A DNA stretch of 64,000 nucleotides from an uncultured virus (IMG/VR IMGVR_UViG_3300048502_000057) (taxonomy: Duplodnaviria; Heunggongvirae; Uroviricota; Caudoviricetes): the IMG/VR virus record IMGVR_UViG_3300048502_000057; one strand, written 5' to 3'. The position numbers and the translations under genes were made by a program. This document shows, one piece after another, positions 37,646 through 46,879 of this stretch. A model generated the notes under the pieces. It was not told where the DNA came from, made no database searches, and was given only the letters and a program-made list of their open reading frames with translations. The number at the start of each line of letters is the position of its first letter. Position 1 is the first letter of the stretch.

Positions 37646-39061
37646 ATGGCAAATGTCTTGGATTCATTTGTTTTAGAATTTGCTCTTGACCCGTCTAAAT
37701 TTACGGCTGGTCAGAAACAAATTATGCAACAAATGGCTCAGTTGCAGGCCGCGGCCCTAGCTCAAGCAAAAGATGTCGAAAGCAGTTCAAAGCGCGTTCT
37801 TGATGTGATTTCGAACATGCGCCGCGAAGTATTGACGGCTTTTGGCGTGTTTTTTGGCGGGCGAGAGCTTGGCGAATTTGTGAAATACATCACAAATCTT
37901 GACGCTGCGACCGGGCGGCTAGCTATCACAATGGGCATGTCCGCTAGCGATACATCAGCATGGCAAGGAGCTATCAAACAAGCTGGCGGAACAGCGGAAG
38001 GCGCCAATAGTGCTTTATCTGGCTTAAGCGGGGAAATGACGCGTTTTCAGTTAACCGGGCAATCAGGCATGCTCCCGGTTCTAAGCCGCCTAGGCGTCTC
38101 CCTATACGATCAGAATAAGCAACTCAAAACAGGCGGCGAGCTATGGCTTGATCTCGCCGAAGCGGTTCAGGGTATGGATGCCCGGCAGGCAACCGCCTTC
38201 CTGCAAATGATCCCAGGCGCTAATCAGGACATGGTTAATTTTGCGTTGCTTGGTCGGCGAGCGATGGAATCTTATCTAAAATCAGCCAAGGAAGCAGGCG
38301 TAACTACGGAAGAGAGCGCGGCGGCTGCAAAGGAATATCAGCGGGCTCTTGAACAGTTGGAGGCTTCGAGCTCGAATTTAGGAAGAACGTTGCTAACGAT
38401 GCTTGGGCCGGCGGTATCGAACGTGACAAACGGCTTAGCGCATTTGCTGCAATATTTTGGAAAGAAAAGCGCAGAAGGAACGGCCATAATTTATACTGAT
38501 GAACAGCTTGCCGCAGTAGGCAAGATAGCAGCTAATATCGCTTCTCCGCCATCATCCGATCCGGAAGCCGGTCCCAAGGAAATGGAGTCCTATATCCGTG
38601 AAGCAGCAGTTGCCCGGGGTATGGACCCGAACGTAGCCGTTGAGGTCGCTCGCAGCGAAGGCTTGCACAACTGGAAGAGCACGATCCCAGGCGAAGAATC
38701 GTATGGTCCTTTCCAGCTCCATTACGGCGGGAGAGGACAGACAGGCGGTCTTGCAAAGCCCGGCTTAGGCGACGAATTTACCAAGCAAACGGGGCTTGAT
38801 GCGGGCGATCGGAAAAACTGGAAAAGGGGCGTTGATTTCGCGCTCGACAATGCAAAAAAGAGCGGATGGGGCCAATGGTACGGTTGGAAAGGATCTCCGA
38901 CCGCGGGCGGCGCCGGCATGGGGGGAAGTCATTCAACTACGGTTAACGTCGGCGGCGTGACGGTCAATACGAGCAGCAGTAACGCCGAAGGGATTGCGAG
39001 CGATATCGAAAAGGCTCTAAAACGGAGCATCACGGCAGGAGCGGCTAACTCAGGAAGCTAA
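37646..39061 (+). CDS. tape measure protein with C-terminal lysozyme/transglycosylase-like domain
   Basis: Helical Ala-rich N-terminus; YIREAA..RGMDP.VA..VARSEG, SYGPFQL, GWGQWYG. Confidence 0.82.
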   Translation: MANVLDSFVLEFALDPSKFTAGQKQIMQQMAQLQAAALAQAKDVESSSKRVLDVISNMRREVLTAFGVFFGGRELGEFVKYITNLDAATGRLAITMGMSASDTSAWQGAIKQAGGTAEGANSALSGLSGEMTRFQLTGQSGMLPVLSRLGVSLYDQNKQLKTGGELWLDLAEAVQGMDARQATAFLQMIPGANQDMVNFALLGRRAMESYLKSAKEAGVTTEESAAAAKEYQRALEQLEASSSNLGRTLLTMLGPAVSNVTNGLAHLLQYFGKKSAEGTAIIYTDEQLAAVGKIAANIASPPSSDPEAGPKEMESYIREAAVARGMDPNVAVEVARSEGLHNWKSTIPGEESYGPFQLHYGGRGQTGGLAKPGLGDEFTKQTGLDAGDRKNWKRGVDFALDNAKKSGWGQWYGWKGSPTAGGAGMGGSHSTTVNVGGVTVNTSSSNAEGIASDIEKALKRSITAGAANSGS

Positions 39062-39062
39062 A

Positions 39063-39731
39063 ATGGCATCGCTACCGCTATTGTTCGCCGACGCTACGGC
39101 TCTTACTCTTGGAGCTCTTCTGCAACCGTCCTGGGGGATCTATCTCAACGGTCAGCCGGTGATTCAACCGGCATCTGTTTTAGGGTCGATCGCGATAGCC
39201 GCTATCGCTCCAATTCAAAGCATCGCAACCCTTTTAGGTGCTCCGAACATTGTTCCAGTCGCAGCTTCAACCGTAGAATTTGAGTTTGCGCAGGATTGGC
39301 CTATTTCGACTTACCCTCAAGAGCAAGGCGCATTTCAGGCTTACGACAAAGTTACTCTTCCGTTTGATGTAAAGATTCGCGTTGCTAGCGGAATTTCAGA
39401 CACAAACCGACAGGCGTTTATATCGACGGTTCTTTGGATTGGAAATTCGTTCAATCTGTTTGATATCGTTACGCCAGAATATACGTTTACATCAACCAAT
39501 TGCACTCATATCGATTGGCGACGTTCGTCGGAACAAGGATCAAAGCTTATTCAACCGGAGTTGTGGTTCAAGCAAGTTCCGGTTACTGCCGGGGCGACGT
39601 TTACAAACACACAATCCCCTCAAGATGCAGGGCAACAGTCAATTGGGAATGTGCAGCCAGCAGCACCTAGCCAATCAGTGATTCAGCGGCTACCGTTTCC
39701 GTTTCCGGGTCAAACTCCAACGGTGTTCTGA
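39063..39731 (+). CDS. baseplate/tube initiator protein
   Basis: WGIY, ISTYPQEQGAFQAYDKV..PF, DIVTPE. Confidence 0.75.
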   Translation: MASLPLLFADATALTLGALLQPSWGIYLNGQPVIQPASVLGSIAIAAIAPIQSIATLLGAPNIVPVAASTVEFEFAQDWPISTYPQEQGAFQAYDKVTLPFDVKIRVASGISDTNRQAFISTVLWIGNSFNLFDIVTPEYTFTSTNCTHIDWRRSSEQGSKLIQPELWFKQVPVTAGATFTNTQSPQDAGQQSIGNVQPAAPSQSVIQRLPFPFPGQTPTVF

Positions 39732-40051
39732 TGCAAACAATATCGGTTCAACCGCTTCAAAATCAGACGTTGCAAACGCAGGTTAACAATCAAGCCGTTA
39801 CCCTATCGATTTCTCAATCTCTCTACGGGCTCTTTATGACCGTGAGCCTCGGAACGACAGTCATTATCGCAAGCGTTATTTGTCAAAACCTCAACCGTAT
39901 TGTGCGGGACGTTTACCTTGGATTTTCGGGAGATTTTATCTTTGTTGACACGCAAGGAACGTCAAGTCCGGTCTACACGGGCCTAGGATCTCGTTGGCAG
40001 CTAGTCTATCTATCTCCAACGGATCTTACAAATTTTGGTCTTACGGGATGA
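39731..40051 (+). CDS. small baseplate protein
   Basis: YLGFSGDFIFVDTQG...PVYTGLGSRWQLVY. Confidence 0.75.
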   Translation: MQTISVQPLQNQTLQTQVNNQAVTLSISQSLYGLFMTVSLGTTVIIASVICQNLNRIVRDVYLGFSGDFIFVDTQGTSSPVYTGLGSRWQLVYLSPTDLTNFGLTG

Positions 40052-41022
40052 CATTTGTTCAAAGGTTGATTTCGGTTTCTGTGCAGCTTGCACAAAACAC
40101 ACAAACAAATCAGCCAAGCACATTTTCCGAAAGCGGAACTAACACGGTCAACCTCACGGGGTCTCGTGTCTCAGTCCAAATAGAAAATTCGGGAGCTCCG
40201 GCAGACAGTAACGCGCGCGTCAAGATTTGGGGATTGACGCCAAGCATCATGAATCAGCTTTCGACGCTCGGTTTAGTGTTCAATTTGGTTCCAAAAAATA
40301 CACTGACAATATCTGCTGGCGATGCGGTAGCAGGCCAAGCAATCGTTTTCTCAGGAACGATATGGTCGGCTTACGGCGACTATTCAGCGCAACCCGACGT
40401 TCCATTTATTTTTGACTGCATAGCCGGTGCCGCAGATGCGACAATAGCTATTCCAGCTTCAAGCTTTTCGGGATCTCAACAAGTTTCAAACATGATGTCC
40501 GGATTTGCTCGAGCAATGAACCTGGGATTTGAAAACAACGGCGTTTCATCGACGCTTTCAAACGCTTATTTTTCTGGGTCGGCTCGATCTCAGGCGGACA
40601 AATGTGCCAAGGCGGCCGGAATTTCATGGGGAATAATCAAGGGAAACACACTTTCTATCTGGCCTCTAGGCGGCAACCGAAACACGCCAAACATTCCGGT
40701 AATTTCCGCGGCTACCGGCATGATTTCCTACCCGGCTTTCACCCAACAAGGAATCATCGTTAAAACGCTGTTCAATCCGCAACTGTCCTTTGGTAGCTTG
40801 GTACAAGTGAATAGCAGTTTGTTGGCGGGGATTGCCTCCGCTCAGCCTTCACAACAGAGCTCGCTTTCGCCCGGAAATGCACCGTCAACCTTTCCGTCAC
40901 AATGGGCAGTCAACAAGCTTGATTTGATGCTCGACTCACTTGTCCCTAAAGGGCAGTGGATGTCCGTCGTCTACGCATACAATCCCGGGTACGCTAAGAC
41001 GATCATCCCGCCGTCGTCATAG
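40048..41022 (+). CDS. baseplate hub protein
   Basis: IWGL....MNQL, AGD, FENNGV...LSN.Y, IS..TGMISYP. Confidence 0.78.
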   Translation: MTFVQRLISVSVQLAQNTQTNQPSTFSESGTNTVNLTGSRVSVQIENSGAPADSNARVKIWGLTPSIMNQLSTLGLVFNLVPKNTLTISAGDAVAGQAIVFSGTIWSAYGDYSAQPDVPFIFDCIAGAADATIAIPASSFSGSQQVSNMMSGFARAMNLGFENNGVSSTLSNAYFSGSARSQADKCAKAAGISWGIIKGNTLSIWPLGGNRNTPNIPVISAATGMISYPAFTQQGIIVKTLFNPQLSFGSLVQVNSSLLAGIASAQPSQQSSLSPGNAPSTFPSQWAVNKLDLMLDSLVPKGQWMSVVYAYNPGYAKTIIPPSS

Positions 41023-41029
41023 GAACAAA

Positions 41030-41677
41030 ATGACCCAAACTTCGCAATCGGGGACGATCGGAGCCGGGCAGCAAACGCCATTTGACGGAAATTCCGATTC
41101 GTCGGTGACAATGTTTATTGCCAAACAACTAATCGCTCAGCTTGAAATCATGATCCCTGTCCAAGTCCATACGGTTCATGCGGGATCGGGGTCTCCGCCG
41201 ACTGCCGGCACGGTTGACGTTCAATTGCTCGTTTCCCTGTTAGATGGTTCCGGAAATCAGGTGAAGCAGGGGATTGTCTACGGGGTGCCCTATTTCCGGG
41301 CTCAGGGAGGCCCGTGGGCGATTATTTGCGATCCGGCGGCCAATGACGTTGGCTTCCTGTTGAGCGCATCACGGGACATCTCAAAGCTTTCTAACGGGGT
41401 GTCCCAACAGGTCATCCCGGGCTCAAATCGTCAGTTGAGCTATTCGGACGGGATCTATATCGGCGGGGTGTTCAACAGTAACCCGACTGCGACGATCTGG
41501 CTCAAATCTGACGGTACTTTTGCGATTACAGACAAGACGGGAAATAGCATCGTTTCGAGCTCCTTGGGCATGACGCTTTCAGACGTCAACTCGAACAAGA
41601 TCCAGATGCAGCCCGGATCGGTGAACGTCGTTACGACATCGTTTAATGTCAATGGAGTTCCGGTCACGGTGCCATAG
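41030..41677 (+). CDS. baseplate central spike protein
   Basis: VDVQ.LV, VPYFRAQGG..AIICDP...DVG, RDIS, SDGIYIGG. Confidence 0.8.
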   Translation: MTQTSQSGTIGAGQQTPFDGNSDSSVTMFIAKQLIAQLEIMIPVQVHTVHAGSGSPPTAGTVDVQLLVSLLDGSGNQVKQGIVYGVPYFRAQGGPWAIICDPAANDVGFLLSASRDISKLSNGVSQQVIPGSNRQLSYSDGIYIGGVFNSNPTATIWLKSDGTFAITDKTGNSIVSSSLGMTLSDVNSNKIQMQPGSVNVVTTSFNVNGVPVTVP

Positions 41678-41717
41678 GTCAAAAAACGTGGTATCGAGTT
41701 GGTAAGGAAAGGGCACT

Positions 41718-42122
41718 ATGGCCGCGACACTCGCTCTAAACTTATCGACTTGGGATCTGTCCGTTGACGCAAACGGCAATATCGCGTTGTTATCGGAGAT
41801 ACCGCCGGCAAATTCTCCGACGACAGCCGAAGCTCAAGCCGCAGCGTGCGCCATTAAGATGTTCTTGGGCGAATATTATTGGGATACGACGCAAGGCGTC
41901 CCGTATTTCACAAAAATTCTAGGGCAAAATCCGCCTCTAGCGCTGCTAAAGCAATATCTTGTGACGGCTGCTTTGACGGTCGCTAATGTTGGCTCGGCTC
42001 AAGTTTTTATCACGGGATTTAGCGGGCGCGCGGTATCCGGTCAGGTGCAGGTTATCAGCAACATAACCGGAATAACCGGCGCGGCTAATTTCACAGTCTT
42101 AAACCCGCAAGGAACCGGATAA
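41718..42122 (+). CDS. baseplate wedge (gp25-like) protein
   Basis: WDL.VDA.GNIA, FLGEYYWDTTQGVPY...ILG. Confidence 0.75.
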   Translation: MAATLALNLSTWDLSVDANGNIALLSEIPPANSPTTAEAQAAACAIKMFLGEYYWDTTQGVPYFTKILGQNPPLALLKQYLVTAALTVANVGSAQVFITGFSGRAVSGQVQVISNITGITGAANFTVLNPQGTG

Positions 42123-44015
42123 ATGGCCAATGTAGGCACAACCTCGGTTCCGGCGATTTCTTGGACTACGCAAGGCCCGATTGCGCCGTCGGGACCGGCC
42201 ATCCTTGCCGGGGTGCAATCCGACTACAACATAGCTTTCAACGTCACGTTTAATTTCAACGGGTCTAACCCGGAAAGTCAGCTTGCTTCGACGCAAGCTG
42301 CGGTCGTTAACAACGCCTATCAAACAATAGTCTATTACGCGACCCAGGTTGATCCTGCCTATGCTACCGGGCGCATGCAAGATGCAATTGCCCGAATATA
42401 TCGGTTAACAAGAAACGCAGCGCAAGCCACGACGTTGCAGGTTTCTTGCGTTGGGTCGGGAGCGAATATTCCGGCCGGACCGACGACTTACGGTACGATT
42501 CAGGATTCGTCAGGAAATCTGTATCAATGCACGCAGGCCGGGACATTGCCATCTTCCGGCGGAGCTATCACGCTTTCATTCGCTGCGGTAACGCCTGGGC
42601 CTATCGTAGTGCCATCAAGCGTTACAATTTATCAGTCTATCCCAGGATGGGACACCGCTACGATTATTTCCGGCGTAATTGGAACGTCAACAGAAACAGC
42701 GCAACAATTCGAAGGGCGCCGGCAGCAAACTTTGGCGGCAAACGCCATCAATTCGAATACATCGATCCTTGGTAACTTGCTCAATGTCGCGGGTGTGCTT
42801 GACGCTTACGTGACGGACAATCCAACAAACTCATCGTCAACGATTCAAGGCGTGACGATTCCTGCAAATGCGCTTTACATCGCTGTGACAGGTGGAATTG
42901 CCTCCGCAGTGGCCTTGGCTATCTGGAAGAAAAAACCTCCCGGCATTCCAATGTATGCCGGGAATAGCAGCTACGTTGTCACAGATCCAAATCCGGCCTA
43001 TGCGCCGAGCCAAGCGCCGACATACACTATCTATTGGCAGGCTCCGTCCTCGCTACAAGTCTACTTCGCAGTCAACATAGCTAATAGCTCAGGCGTTCCG
43101 TCTAACGCAGCTACCATTGTTCAACAAGCAATCGTAAATGCGTTTAACGGAGCCAATTCAGGAGCTAGCTTTACGGCTTCGATTTCAGGAAACATACTGA
43201 TTGTCAGTGCGGTTGCATCTGGAACGATTGCCGTAGGGCAAACCGTATCGGGTGCCGGGGTTGTCCCAGGCACACAGATAGCAGCATTCCAAACCGGGGT
43301 TGGAAACGCGGGGAATTATACCATCAACACAGCGCAGACCGTGTCATCAACGGCGATGACGACGGCGCCATTGACTAACACTCCATCACCGCCAAGAGCT
43401 CGAATAGGATCAACTATCTACGCTACTCAATATTCCGCAGTCGTTGCGGCGCTTGGTTCGTGGGCTGCGGTTAGAACTTTATTTGTTGGATCAAACAACG
43501 CATCATCTGCGGTATTCGTCGCGAGCATCAATAACACTGTGATGACGGTAACTTTGGTTACGTCAGGGACGCTTGCCGTCGGGCAATTTTTGTCCGGTTT
43601 CGATTCCTTAAATTCCATACCGGTTGGAACTACAATAGCTTCACTCGGAACAGGTTCGGGTGGCACAGGAACGTACAATCTCACTAATTCTTTTTCGCTT
43701 GCCGGCGCAACATTTACGGGAACAAGAAACGCAGCGAACCAAATCACAGTATCGTCAGTCTCGGGACTAATAGGGATTGGCAATGTCATTTCTGGAACGG
43801 GCATTCCAACCGGAACGACAATCACGGCTCAATTATCAGGAACAGCAAACGGTGCCGGAGTTTATTCGACAAGCGTAGACACGACGGCATCATCCGCAGC
43901 TGTAACTTGCGGAGATTCGATCACGTCCGCGACAGCAAATCTCAACCTGATATCTGTCAACATTAATCAAGAGCCAACAATATCTTTGGCCAATGTCGTT
44001 GTGACTGTGACATGA
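42123..44015 (+). CDS. baseplate J-like protein with three inserted modules
   Basis: VDPAYATGRMQDAIARIY, ET..QFE.RR, GVLDAYV.DN, IW.KKPPG, RARIGSTIYA. Confidence 0.88.
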   Translation: MANVGTTSVPAISWTTQGPIAPSGPAILAGVQSDYNIAFNVTFNFNGSNPESQLASTQAAVVNNAYQTIVYYATQVDPAYATGRMQDAIARIYRLTRNAAQATTLQVSCVGSGANIPAGPTTYGTIQDSSGNLYQCTQAGTLPSSGGAITLSFAAVTPGPIVVPSSVTIYQSIPGWDTATIISGVIGTSTETAQQFEGRRQQTLAANAINSNTSILGNLLNVAGVLDAYVTDNPTNSSSTIQGVTIPANALYIAVTGGIASAVALAIWKKKPPGIPMYAGNSSYVVTDPNPAYAPSQAPTYTIYWQAPSSLQVYFAVNIANSSGVPSNAATIVQQAIVNAFNGANSGASFTASISGNILIVSAVASGTIAVGQTVSGAGVVPGTQIAAFQTGVGNAGNYTINTAQTVSSTAMTTAPLTNTPSPPRARIGSTIYATQYSAVVAALGSWAAVRTLFVGSNNASSAVFVASINNTVMTVTLVTSGTLAVGQFLSGFDSLNSIPVGTTIASLGTGSGGTGTYNLTNSFSLAGATFTGTRNAANQITVSSVSGLIGIGNVISGTGIPTGTTITAQLSGTANGAGVYSTSVDTTASSAAVTCGDSITSATANLNLISVNINQEPTISLANVVVTVT

Positions 44016-44674
44016 GCGGACCTCCATATCCTCATCCGAATCCAGTTCCGGGTTCCAACTCGGTAGGTTCGTTTCAGATTGGCGTATCGCCCATTGGAAC
44101 GATACCTCCGTTTGATCCTTGGTCTACGATTATTTCAGAGTATGCAAACTCTCCTATAATTTCTGCTCTTTGCGTCAACATGGCTCAATATGTTGATCCA
44201 ACTCGGGATATGGATAGTTTTTATGATACGATTTGGAATGTTGACACTGCCATAGGATATGGGCTCGACGTATGGGGCCGTATAGTTGGCGTTACCCGCA
44301 CAATTCAACTCCCAGTATCATCGCAATATTTTGGATTTGAAGAAGCCGGTTCTTTGACCTTTGGGCAGGGAACGTTTTACAATGGATCGGGAATTTCCAA
44401 CAATTACTCGTTGGCAGATGAAAGTTTTAGAACTTTAATATTTGCAAAAGCGTTGGCAAATATATGCGATGGATCAATTTCATCGATCAACCAATTGATG
44501 CTAAATCTTTTTCCTGGAAGGGGCGCTTGTTTTGTAGTCGATAATCTGAATTTGACTATGACATATCAATTTGACTTTGTTCTTTCTTCGGTTGAACTTG
44601 CTATTGTTTCTAGGTCCGGAGTTTTGCCTAGGACGTCGGGCGTATCGTTCACAGTCTTTCAGAATCCGCCGTAA
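44012..44674 (+). CDS. baseplate wedge protein (DUF2612-like)
   Basis: TIISEYANSP, IWNVDTA.GYGLDVWGRIVGV.R, KALANI, GVLPR.SGV. Confidence 0.85.
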   Translation: MSGPPYPHPNPVPGSNSVGSFQIGVSPIGTIPPFDPWSTIISEYANSPIISALCVNMAQYVDPTRDMDSFYDTIWNVDTAIGYGLDVWGRIVGVTRTIQLPVSSQYFGFEEAGSLTFGQGTFYNGSGISNNYSLADESFRTLIFAKALANICDGSISSINQLMLNLFPGRGACFVVDNLNLTMTYQFDFVLSSVELAIVSRSGVLPRTSGVSFTVFQNPP

Positions 44675-44685
44675 GGAAATAAGAA

Positions 44686-46593
44686 ATGCTTTCGTCGCAG
44701 ATCCCTGTTAAATTTGCTTTGCCCTTTGCCGCTGGCGCGAGCGCTCCATATACGCATCAGGTTCCGACGGCATCGCAAATTTCAATCACTCCGGGCGCAG
44801 CATCTATGAGCGACGGTTTTCCGCCGCTATGTTTTCAGCCGGTTGGCTCTGGCGGCGTTCCTCCGTTTGGAGAAGATTTCAACGGAATTTTAAATCAGAT
44901 ATCGGCATGGTCGCAATGGCAGGCAGCAGGTGGCCCGGTCAAATGGGACTCGGCTTTTTCATCATCGGTAGGAGGTTATCCGCAAGGTGCCATCGTTGCG
45001 TCAACGGCAACGGTCGGGTTGCAGTGGCTTTCGCTTGTTGACAACAACACGTCAAATCCCGATTCCGGCGGAGCTAATTGGGTAAGCATCGGTCAAGGCG
45101 CGGGTCGAATAGTTTCTGATACAAGCTCTCAGTCGGTTACGCTTGGCTACAACAGCAGCGTTCGTCTTGCGTCTGGAACAGTTCCTTATTCTTTGCCCCT
45201 GAGCTCTACACTTTTTAACGGGTTTGAGTTTTACGTTTACATTGTAAGCGGGACAATAACGTTTTCTCCGAATGTATCTGACAATATTCAAGGATACAGC
45301 GCAGGATTGGCTTACACAGCAAGCATAAATTCATGGATCAGAATAAAAACCAACGCAGCGGGTTTATGGATCATCACACCTACGTCGTGGAACAATGGTC
45401 GTATCTCAATTACGACGGCAACGACGCTTGGACCGCAGCACAACAATGCTACTATTGACTTAACTTCTGGAACGTTTTTTGGAATTACATTTCCTGCCGG
45501 AAATACGTTGCAGCCGGATTTCAAATGCACAATTGTAAACAATGAGTCAATTTCGACGCCTATCGCAAAGGGAGTAAGTGGAGTTGGCGGTGCCGCTTGG
45601 AAACTATACCCAGGGCAATCTTTTCAGATTTACAACGACAACAACACTTTGCAAGTTTTAGGTTTTAACGTTCCTGCATCTGGCGGTGCCACACCGGCGC
45701 GATTTAGAATGGTCAGCACTCAATTTTATGTAGACAACACACTAGGTTCAAACAACCCAATGGTTGCGGATGGGCTTGGTCCCGGCGCGAGAGCGTACAA
45801 TACTCTTGATCAACTTTTTGCAGACTGCGAACAGAATTTTGATTTCTTGGGAAGCAGCATTTTTGCAACTGTAGCGGCGTCTACCACGCCTTATAGTTCG
45901 AGCATTATTGTACCTCGGATGTCTAGCTGCCATGTTCTATTTTTAAACGGCGCGTCTCCGGTAGTATTTAACGGTAATGGGTATTTCTCATCAGGTGTTT
46001 TGTGGCAACCATATAGTTCCGCAGTGGCGGTTTGCGCAGAAATTGGAGATGGTTCACTTCTGGAAGTGAGCAACATTTTCTTTAACGGAAATGTTTCCGT
46101 CATTGGAAGCGTTCAAGGCATTCAAATTCATCAGGACGGTATCATTGATGTCAACGGAGGATGCGGGTTTGGTTCATTTGGACCTTCCGGATATCCATTT
46201 TCAACAAACGGCTGCGGAGGAACAATCAACATAAATGCATCGTATCAGATAGCTGGCGACGGAAGCTCGGTTAATGGGGGCGCTCATTTCTACTGTGGAT
46301 CAATGGCGCAAGTAAATTTGTCTAGTTCAATCGTAGTAACTCTTGGAACTAGCTCCAATGCCATAAACTTTAACGGTGGAGCGTGGTTTCAATGCGGTCC
46401 TGGGTTTATTTCGTTGGGGACGGGTATAACATTTGCAAATTCAGGTTCCATTTCGGGTACGCAAAAATGGAATGTAGGTGCCGGCGGCACATTGTTTTTA
46501 AGCGGAAATGCATCAAGAATACCCGGAGGAACAGCAGGGAATCCAACAGTAGGTAGTGCTCCTACTGGTTCAACAGGATGGGCTACGGCCTAA
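44686..46593 (+). CDS. baseplate-anchored tail fibre
   Basis: PFA, GAAS..DGFPPL, GGVPPFGEDFNGIL..IS, GGYPQGA N-terminal anchor; variable beta-rich C-terminus. Confidence 0.85.
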   Translation: MLSSQIPVKFALPFAAGASAPYTHQVPTASQISITPGAASMSDGFPPLCFQPVGSGGVPPFGEDFNGILNQISAWSQWQAAGGPVKWDSAFSSSVGGYPQGAIVASTATVGLQWLSLVDNNTSNPDSGGANWVSIGQGAGRIVSDTSSQSVTLGYNSSVRLASGTVPYSLPLSSTLFNGFEFYVYIVSGTITFSPNVSDNIQGYSAGLAYTASINSWIRIKTNAAGLWIITPTSWNNGRISITTATTLGPQHNNATIDLTSGTFFGITFPAGNTLQPDFKCTIVNNESISTPIAKGVSGVGGAAWKLYPGQSFQIYNDNNTLQVLGFNVPASGGATPARFRMVSTQFYVDNTLGSNNPMVADGLGPGARAYNTLDQLFADCEQNFDFLGSSIFATVAASTTPYSSSIIVPRMSSCHVLFLNGASPVVFNGNGYFSSGVLWQPYSSAVAVCAEIGDGSLLEVSNIFFNGNVSVIGSVQGIQIHQDGIIDVNGGCGFGSFGPSGYPFSTNGCGGTININASYQIAGDGSSVNGGAHFYCGSMAQVNLSSSIVVTLGTSSNAINFNGGAWFQCGPGFISLGTGITFANSGSISGTQKWNVGAGGTLFLSGNASRIPGGTAGNPTVGSAPTGSTGWATA

Positions 46594-46606
46594 AGGAAGA
46601 TGTAAA

Positions 46607-46879
46607 ATGCCAGTTTGGGAAATGACAGCATCAGACTATGAAAAGCTTAAGAGCAGCGAAAAGTATCATTTCCTTCACCTTAATGCGACAACCCATCGCA
46701 ATGAAAAGTCGCACTATCACATGACATTCTCTTCCGCGGCGGCCAAAATGCTTATTTCTGATTTGGGAATGTCGTCTCTAAAACGTATACACGATCTAAA
46801 TCATCCGGAAGAATCAACAGTCGTTCCGCATGAAGAACTTAGAAAAACTTGCTTAAATGCGCCGGGGTTTAACAGATGA
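46607..46879 (+). CDS. hypothetical protein
   Basis: Between two fibre genes; ATGA overlap. Confidence 0.45.
   Translation: MPVWEMTASDYEKLKSSEKYHFLHLNATTHRNEKSHYHMTFSSAAAKMLISDLGMSSLKRIHDLNHPEESTVVPHEELRKTCLNAPGFNR

Noticed and set aside
25034..44015. Repeated module as an intein or intron
   Set aside because: No Cys/Ser start with His-Asn end and no endonuclease; copies are in frame and look like a folded display domain
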